Position numbers and translations under genes: made by a program. From Octopus bimaculoides (Eukaryota), in contig NC_068990.1 of the NCBI RefSeq assembly GCF_001194135.2, positions 27,632,708 to 27,680,560 on the forward strand: a stretch of DNA of 47,853 nt, given 5' to 3'. This document shows positions 39,953 to 47,853 of this stretch, piece after piece; position 1 is the stretch's first letter; every line of letters starts with the position of its first letter. The notes beneath the pieces were generated by a model, which saw only the letters and a program-made list of their open reading frames with translations, ran no database searches and was not told the DNA's origin.

Positions 39953-40171
39953 TATAGTCATAGCGAGCGATTTGATTACAGTATCTGAGTTATCTCGTTT
40001 GTCTATGACTTCTGGATGTTTTTACACCAGTCATACTGACGAAAACGTTTTCTCTTACACCTATAAATCGCAACCTGCCCACGAACTAGCAATGCACATA
40101 ACTCTTGCATGTGTGTTCGATAGTATTTATATTCCCCTGTCTCCTTTCAGTCACATTTGACTATGTATGTA

Positions 40172-40241
<70 letters not shown>

Positions 40242-41935
40242 TGTGTATGTGTGTGTGTGTGTGTGTGTGTATACAGACATATCTACCTACCTACCTACAT
40301 ACATACATATATTGTATATATACTTATGTTTTGAGTTGTATATTCACTGTTTGCATGGCCAAACCTATATGTATAATTTCTTTTATTAAAATGCAGCAGA
40401 CCCCACCAAGCTGCAGTAGGTGCTAAATTATTAGATAGCTCACTTGTTCTCAATATGATTTATCTGTAAACGTTAAGCCATAATAAAGTTTTCATTGATG
40501 CTTATATTTTTTGGCTTCTTAACATATTAGAACATATTAAAACGTCCAAAACCGCTATGAATGTGACGAACATTTAATTCCAATATCCGCAAGAAGTGAA
40601 TAATGCTAACACAGAGATAACGTTTGAAACAAGTGAAAATTTCTAGTAAAAAAGAGGGAAAATGGCTCACCCTACTGTATTTTAAAACGAAAACAAAACA
40701 ATACCAAAAAATACCATTTTAAGGAATTAAAAGAACATTATTGAAAGAGTTTGTTGTAAATGTCAAGATTGTTGGTTGAAAAATAAATCTCTTGTAGCTC
40801 AGGCTTCAGTGATTAAAAACAAGTGAGAAAGTATTTTTTTAATAGAGTCTTTTGAAATAAGATTAATGGACTATGGCATTAGATTTTATACCTTAGAAAT
40901 TAATGCCTGGCTAAAATACTGTCACAACAGATGATGAACAAAAACGAAAGAGAAAAACAAAAACAAAAACAATTATATCAATCTTCTTTCTGGCAGACTG
41001 ATGCTGATGATAGTATCCTTCAGTCAACTATACGACCGCCACCCTCTTATTAATTTTGTTCTTGAAGACCCCCATAAAACTACGAGGTCGATTTGGTTTC
41101 TGAAAAGAACGGACAATGACGTGTCTGAAAATGGATGGCTTCTCTGAAGAGATACTGATATGCTGAGACAAGACATTAAAATATTGCACTAGACAAATTG
41201 CTACATGAAAGGCTATTTGGTATTTTATTCTACAAGAGCATTATGATTATTTATATTTTATTTGATTTTATTTAGCCCCAGGTCAACTCTGATCAAGGAA
41301 ACCTATGATCTAAGTGATTCAAGCCCTTCATATTGATTACATTATATTTTCTGTCCACCTTTGTTAACAAAAGTGCAGTAAATTTTGTGTTAACTTTAGT
41401 GATAGTTTTAACTGAAAGAGTTACTGCTTATTGGCCCCTTTGTTCCTTTGCCATTGGATTGTATAACTAACCGCAGTAATGATGTTGGTTTTCAATTAAA
41501 TACATTAGGTGCGAAATATAGTTGTTAAAATATCTGCTGATCAGAATTCTTCGAACTTTGCCTCTGCCAAACATTATCAAATATTAATCTAATTTTCGAG
41601 TGAAGATTAGAAATGCATACATGGTTTCAGTAACGGAGAACTTTAGGTAACTAGAATTAGTCGTTTGAAGCAACATTTGTTGACCTCATAAAAGCTTCCA
41701 ATATGTTTCAAAGAATAAAGAATAAAGATCATTTAATATATTTTTCGAATCATCAGATACATTTGTAATTTTTTGTTTCTCGTTTTGGATGAAGGACCGA
41801 GTTCGATAAAATAAGTACAAGGTGAGCACCAAAGTCGACTTAGTCTGCTTATCACCTCCCTCAAAATGCAAGAGAACTATTGCAGGCAATCATGTTTTCC
41901 TGTGTACACAGACGCACTTGTACATGTGTGTATGG

Positions 41936-41977
<42 letters not shown>

Positions 41978-42318
41978 TGATTGATTTATTTTGAGAGACG
42001 ATAGCTGTCCTATCAACACACACACCATACCCCATCACACAGCACAATCACTCCGTTGATGAACACTTAAATGACTTTAAAGACCAGCTGCTGACTGACA
42101 GGGTTTAAAACACAAGTGACAGATATTATTCAAGTTTCTTCTATATCTTTGCTCTTTGGAATCCGATTCTGAAGGAATGTTTTGTGAACTAGCATATGTC
42201 TTTTAAGTTCACATATTGTCTTACAAGTTTTTTGACGTATGACACAGGTCGTAAGAAGTGGTTGACGTCCGAGACCATTACCTATCTAGGCATTACGATT
42301 TTCATGTAACTGCATATT

Positions 42319-42658
42319 GTTACGACGACGAGGGTTCCAGTTGACCCAAACAACGGAACAGCCTGCTCGTGAAATTAACGTACAAGTGGCTGAGCACTCC
42401 ACAGACACGTGCACTCTTAACGTAGTTCTCGGGGAGATTCAACGTGACAATGTTTGAAATACATGTACAGCAGAAATGGGAAGAAAGGGTAAGAGAAAAT
42501 GAAGGTGAAAAAGTACAACAGGGTTCGCTATCACCCACTGCTGGAGCATCGTATAGTTTTAGGTGTTTTTGCTCAATAAACACTCACAACGCCCGGTCTG
42601 AGAATCGAAACCGCGATCACACGACTGCAATTCCGCTGCCCTAACCACTGGGTCACTG

Positions 42659-42664
<6 letters not shown>
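42319..42664 (-). mobile_element. SINE type C, near full length
   Basis: The reverse complement has the head GAGGCGCAGTGACCCAGTGGTTAGGGCAGCGGAATTGC and the same 3' module as 23672. Confidence 0.88.
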
Positions 42665-42704
<40 letters not shown>

Positions 42705-42933
42705 NNNNNNNNNNNNNNNNNNNNNNNNNNNNNNNNNNNNNNNNNNNNNNNNNNNNNNNNNNNNNNNNNNNNNNNNNNNNNNNNNNNNNNNNNNNNNNNN
42801 NNNNNNNNNNNNNNNNNNNNNNNNNNNNNNNNNNNNNNNNNATATATATATAAATGTTAAAGAGGACAACAAACATTAATGTAAGTCAAACATCGCAAGT
42901 CATATACAATTTTATTATTGGAAAAAATTCACA

Positions 42934-42989
42934 GTCTTACAACTGTTTCTGGCATATCTCCGAGCATGGGGTATTCCGTCATCAGAGAC
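42934..42989 (-). ncRNA. Minimal type-I hammerhead ribozyme motif, intact core, imperfect stem II
   Basis: Minus strand reads GUCU-CUGAUGA-C-GGAAUACC-(11 nt)-GAUAUGCC-A-GAAA-C-AGUU-G-UA^AGAC. Stem I is GUCU/AGAC. Stem III is 2 bp with a near-palindromic loop (AGUU, one change from AGCU). Stem II pairs at 6 of 8 positions. Confidence 0.65.
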
Positions 42990-43285
42990 AAATGGGGAAA
43001 ATGAGAATGGTATATATTAATGAGATGACGGCATAGAGAAAGAGAGGAATAGAATAAAGAGATGGAAGCAAAGCAGAACAATTTTTTTTAAAGTTCACTG
43101 TTCAAATTTGTGACGTTATGGAAACAAGACCATAAGTCTTTAGTGCAATCCTGCGTAGATCCTTGTGGGTTAAAATCCTAATATAGTAGAGATCCAGAGA
43201 AAAAAGACGCGAACATTTCAACGTTCAATATGTATGTGTATGTGTGTGTGCATGTGCTTGTGTCTGTATGTATGCATGTCTATCT

Positions 43286-43347
<62 letters not shown>

Positions 43348-43883
43348 GTCTATCTATTTATCAATCTATATATATATATTGTAAAACAGAAAGTCGAGGA
43401 AGCAATTTGTTGGTATTGTTGACAGAGCAGTTATTTGTCTCTGATCGTTTAGCAGTTAACAATCAATAACCAATTATCACTAGATATTATATCGATCGTC
43501 GACCATGTCATCAGATGAGGTATAATGCTTATCGAATACTGACCCAACCGTAATGAAATAACCAAAATAATAACAATCTGTCTTCTTTGAAACTAAACGT
43601 CCCTCGTCTTCCATTGTGTTGTACACAGCACTAACGTATATGTCTGATTCACTAGCCGCATCATATCAATGCAGAAGTTTATCAAGGTTTCTGCTCCAGA
43701 ATTATAAATGGTTAGTTAGCAGCACGTCTTGCGCAATTATTTGAACACAAACACATATCCAGTTACACACACACACATACACTCACTACCTCGCATTCGT
43801 TCATTCATTCATTCATTTATTCATTCATTCGTTCGTTCACACATACACACTCACACGCACACACACATACACTGACAGTATTC

Positions 43884-43998
43884 CAGTTTCAGTTCAAGCC
43901 GGAGTTTCATTGGTAAAACACACTGAGCTCTCATAGTGCATAACTACCACACAACGTCAGTTGATGAAAACTCCTTGTATAGTCTCTCACTCATTTTC

Positions 43999-44050
<52 letters not shown>

Positions 44051-44068
44051 CTCTGTATATATAACATA
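43884..44068 (+). repeat. Direct repeat unit shared with 26817-26978
   Basis: Same sequence, orientation and mariner junction as 26817-26978. Confidence 0.85.
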
Positions 44069-44458
44069 CGAGGGTGAGTCAAAAAATAATCCCGTAAAAT
44101 TCTGTTGACTGTTCTTTGAGCCACTTCTTCACTACAATTTTCACCTCCTCGTCACTGGAATAACGTTTACCTTTCAAGCCCTCTTTCATGGGACCGAAGA
44201 GATGATAGTCCAGTGACGAGGAAGTGAAAACTGTAGTGAAGAAGTGCCTCAAAGAACAGTCAACAGAGTTTTACGGGGCAGGGATACATGCTTTCATTGG
44301 AAGGTGGAACATTGCTATTGAGAGAAACGGTGACTATGTTGAGAAGTAGGGACGTGATCCACAGAGGACCAGCTTCATTTTGATATATGATACATGTTCC
44401 TGTGTTGGTAATTATACCTGCCCTACACAAAATGGCATTAACGTTTGACTTAACCTCG
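44069..44458. mobile_element. Rearranged mariner derivative made of two head-to-head 3' ends
   Basis: The left TIR is TA-CGAGGGTGAGTCAAAAAATAAT and the right TIR is degenerate (GCATTAACGTTTGACTTAACCTCG-TA). The minus strand encodes DYHLFGPMKEGLKGKRYSSDEEVKIVVKKWLKEQSTEFYG. The plus strand encodes SSDEEVKTVVKKCLKEQSTEFYGAGIHAFIGRWNIAIERNGDYVEK*. There is an internal inverted repeat of about 70 bp (44091-44159 vs 44209-44278). Confidence 0.85.
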
Positions 44459-44660
44459 TAGTTCTCTGGGATATTCAACGCTATAAAGAATGTGACAAGG
44501 TTGGCCCTTGAAATTCGGGTACTTCTCGTTTGTGCCAGCTGAGTGAACCGGAGTAAATAGAAGCTAATTGTTTTGCTCAAGGACACAATGTGCCGCTGGG
44601 AATAAAACTCACAAGCTTACGATCGTCAGCCGAATACCCTAACACCAAAACAATGCGCCT
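44459..44660 (-). mobile_element. SINE type D, 5' part, truncated at the mariner TIR
   Basis: The reverse complement reads AGGCGCATTGTTTTGGTGTTAGGGTATTCGGCTGACGATCGTAAG..TGTGTCCTTGAGCAAAAC..CACTCAGCTGGCAC..AGGGCCAACCTTGTCACA..GAGAACTA and ends at the TA of the mariner. Confidence 0.65.
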
Positions 44661-45078
44661 TTACTCCGGAAGAATAAAAAAGATAATGAATGCGCCATTT
44701 CAAACATTTCAATTCCAGAAACATTGAGGATATCGCAAAATGAATCTCTCCGCTGAATTAATCAGGTATAAAAGATGTTGTCATAGATGAAGGATTGTCT
44801 TCTAATCAAATGACAAAAGAACTGAAGAAAGGATCACATTTAAGGTCTCACCCAAAGGAAGAGTCTTGAGAATTACTGAGCTTTGACAAAATATTTTCCG
44901 TTAAATTATATAGTAGCTAGGATGATAGGATTTTTGTTATGGACTTGATGTAAGTTGATTATGACATATATCTGAGAGACAAATTCAAGAATAATTCTCT
45001 GTTACAATAGGAACATTCCAATTTCTATGCATATAAATTTGACACGTGCAATTCTTTTTTGTCTTGGGGTTTACGGTC

Positions 45079-45486
45079 AAACACAAGAGTATTATTATAG
45101 TAGACTATCTCCGTAGCCATGGGGCTATGAAAAAGATACAAAGCCCAGCACCACCACCGGCTCATACTACACATCTGTGTAATTTTTTGCACAATTCCAC
45201 TGTTATATCGCACATTCGGATGACCTGTACTCAAGTACCCCGATGGTAGATGTTGTGTCGACGCCCCCAGACGATGAATTAGGCTAGCCCAATACGTAGA
45301 TATAGAGGAAGAAGTCTTGAGGTCGGGGTAGTTGATTAGAGGTCATCCGAAGATGTGATATAACAGTGGAATTGCGCGAAAAAGTACACAGACTTGTAGA
45401 ATGATCTAGTGGTGATGCTGGGCTTCGTATTTTTCATAGCTCCCATGGTTACCGAGATAATCTACTATAATAATTCTCTTGTGTTT
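45079..45486. mobile_element. Foldback/MITE-like element with about 165-bp inverted arms
   Basis: 45079-45243 aligns to the reverse complement of 45323-45486 along its whole length, e.g. AAACACAAGAG..TTATAGTAGA..GCCCAGCA..AATTCCACTGTTATATC..TTCGGATGACCT..TACCCCGA. The spacer is about 79 bp. No clear TSD. Confidence 0.8.
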
Positions 45487-46822
45487 ATGAATGAGAAAGG
45501 AAGGGGTGATAGATGAATAAGGAAGGAAGTTGTGATGTCACACTTGGTAGTTTGATGATGAAAATTGTACGCTGAAAAATAAATCAAACGGACTTTCAAC
45601 TTTGTGTGAATATATGTGTGTGTATGTAAAAGGGGGTATGTGAATGTGTGTGTGTGTGCGTGTGTGTGTGTACGCGTGTGCGCGTGCAATGGAAGTGGGA
45701 TGGCTTATCTTCGTTCACTTAATATTTGGGTTTATTTTTTGATTTTCTTGAATGTTGGTCTTTTTTTTGTTGGTTAGTTATGTTTAACGTTTTGACAGAA
45801 AAAAAGTCATTGATAAATTGTTTTTTAACGTAAGCGTGATCAAATTAGTCGAATGCTTACACAGAGAAGGTTTTACAGCCACGTCATCCAAACGGATCAG
45901 GTGAAACCGCGCTTAGCTGCTAGTATTATATAAAGTTCTGTATGATGCTATGCTTTAATGAAATTAACTGTTAACAATGGCAGCGAAGTCCGAGAATAGT
46001 ATCGTAAACATGCAATCATCTTAATTTAAAACTACGTCTGTGAAGTGTTTGTTAAAACTTGATCTTATGAGAAACAAGATTGCCTCAAATGAAATGAAAA
46101 TGTCGTTGAAGATTTTTCTATGTTAATGAGATAGTTTTTATATTTTCTGTACTGAATTTACGACAGAGTCGCTCTAACCCAAGGTCTTCTGTCAAAAACA
46201 TTTGATTATTAATGGAATGGAAATATGGTAGAGAGTTAAATATATTTAAAGGTTCATAGAGCAAAGCTGCAAGTATTATATGGAGAATAAAAATCTAATA
46301 TAGAATTGCATTCCTAGCTGTGCGTTGTCGTATAAGGAAAAAACAATTTTGTTTTATTCAGAATTCCTCCACACTTATATTCTACACGTACTAAGGTATA
46401 TATTTCGAAGAAAAGTACACAAATAACTTGCACAGGTATTGTCGAATATTGATAATGCTCACGGAACCTTCATCTGGGAAAGTAAAAGCAAACACTGGGT
46501 GATGTAAATATGAAACTAAACGTGTGTGTGATTTGTTTCCCATCATTCACTTTGAATGTGTATATCGATCGGAAATCAATGTTTACACGAGTAAAGATTG
46601 GAAGAGATAGCTATGTATCAATGTACGTATGCAGACACAGACCCCCCCACACACACACACGTGTGTGTGTGTATATGTGTGTGTGCGCGTGTATGTATAT
46701 ATATATATACACATATATATGTATANNNNNNNNNNTATATATATATATATGTATACATTTATAGATGTATATAGATGTGTGTATGTACGTATGTCTGTCT
46801 GTATGTATATATGTACATAGGC

Positions 46823-46858
<36 letters not shown>

Positions 46859-47587
46859 CATAAATAAATTGAGTCTACAGTAATCTAGTGTTTACGTTAA
46901 GTGGTATTGATGTTATTAGTAAATAGATTTGAAATTAACTTGCAAGGATATCTTCCTCGTCTCGAACCCGTTTTGGATTTCAGTACATACGCAGATACAC
47001 GCTTAGATACATGCATACATACATACATATATATATATATAAAACACACATACACACATAGCTTTACATACATATACATACAGACACATGTATATTATAT
47101 ATATTATATATATTTTATACATATGTGTGTATATAACATGTTCATAAGCATGTGATAGCATGTAAAAGATTGTGTCTGCTCGTATTTATCTGTGGGAGTG
47201 TATAACAAGTGTCCCGGACGTAAAATTACTATGAGGCAGAAAGCAAACAGAGGGAAAATAAATGTACTTTGAAGAAAATATCTTTACTTAGTAGATTGGT
47301 TTCGTTTATTTCTATTTTCTTATTGTCATTTTATGTCTAAGTGTGAGCGCTATTGTGAGACTTTAACGATGCTTTACATAAGATAAATAAAAAAAAGAAG
47401 TGAACAAGAAAAAGCAATACTCTAAGTAGGCTTATAATTTCAACAAAACACATTATGATATTATTTCGTCTATTATTGGTAGACTGGCAAAGATCATTTC
47501 GAATTAGCTGGAATATATTCTTTATATTTGTTAATGTAAATAGGATATCAGAGACTTTCTCACGTGCTGGCCTACATATTCATGGAA

Positions 47588-47629
<42 letters not shown>

Positions 47630-47801
47630 TTGTTTTGCAAGATTTTTTATGTGAAATCGTGTGTTGAAACAGATGTTGTTGTACTTGGGGATGGTCATAT
47701 TGCCAGTTTAGCCAATAAAAACACACGCACTGTATATTTGGTGTTAATTTTTTTTTTTTTTCAGCTTTATATTACATTAATCTTAATCTTAATCTTATTT
47801 C

Positions 47802-47846
47802 GGCCAGAGTTCTTTCGTCACACTTCTGTGACCTCATCAGTGGTCC
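47802..47846 (-). ncRNA. Minimal type-I hammerhead ribozyme motif (Penelope-like-element type), intact core
   Basis: Minus strand reads GGACCA-CUGAUGA-G-GUCAC-AGAAGU-GUGAC-GAAA-GAAC-UC^UGGCC. The CUGANGA, GAAA and UH core is complete. Stem II is a perfect 5 bp (GUCAC/GUGAC), stem III is 1 bp with a tetraloop, and stem I is CCA/UGG plus an imperfect extension. It sits at the window edge. Confidence 0.75.
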
Positions 47847-47853
47847 TTTGTTT

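Noticed and set aside
41735-41760. Minus-strand CTGATGA-TTC-GAAA
   Set aside because: The stem II spacer is only 3 nt and there is no stem I; this is a chance match.
42935-43009. Exon-like plus-strand segment (LQLFLAYLRAWGIPSSETNGENEN) with AG/GT borders
   Set aside because: It is the antisense of the hammerhead-bearing repeat at 42934-42989, which explains its composition.

Overview
This is AT-rich, microsatellite-dense eukaryotic non-coding DNA (intronic or intergenic) with 13 N-gaps totalling about 3.5 kb. The repeat content resembles a coleoid cephalopod such as Octopus; this is inferred from remembered SINE consensus shapes, not from a search. No host protein-coding gene could be supported. 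Nearly all ORF-track entries are translations of microsatellites, N-gaps or SINEs. Supported content: about 25 copies or fragments of four tRNA-headed SINE types (my labels A-D) that share modules, three mariner remnants, two pogo-like TIR elements, an RTE LINE 3' remnant and a 408-bp foldback element with 165-bp arms. The most notable observation is a set of minimal type-I hammerhead-ribozyme motifs of the Penelope-associated kind: two with an intact catalytic core (47802-47846 and 42934-42989, both minus strand) and three decayed ones. A few splice-flanked open segments are listed as unverified exon candidates. I found no clearly new multi-gene system.
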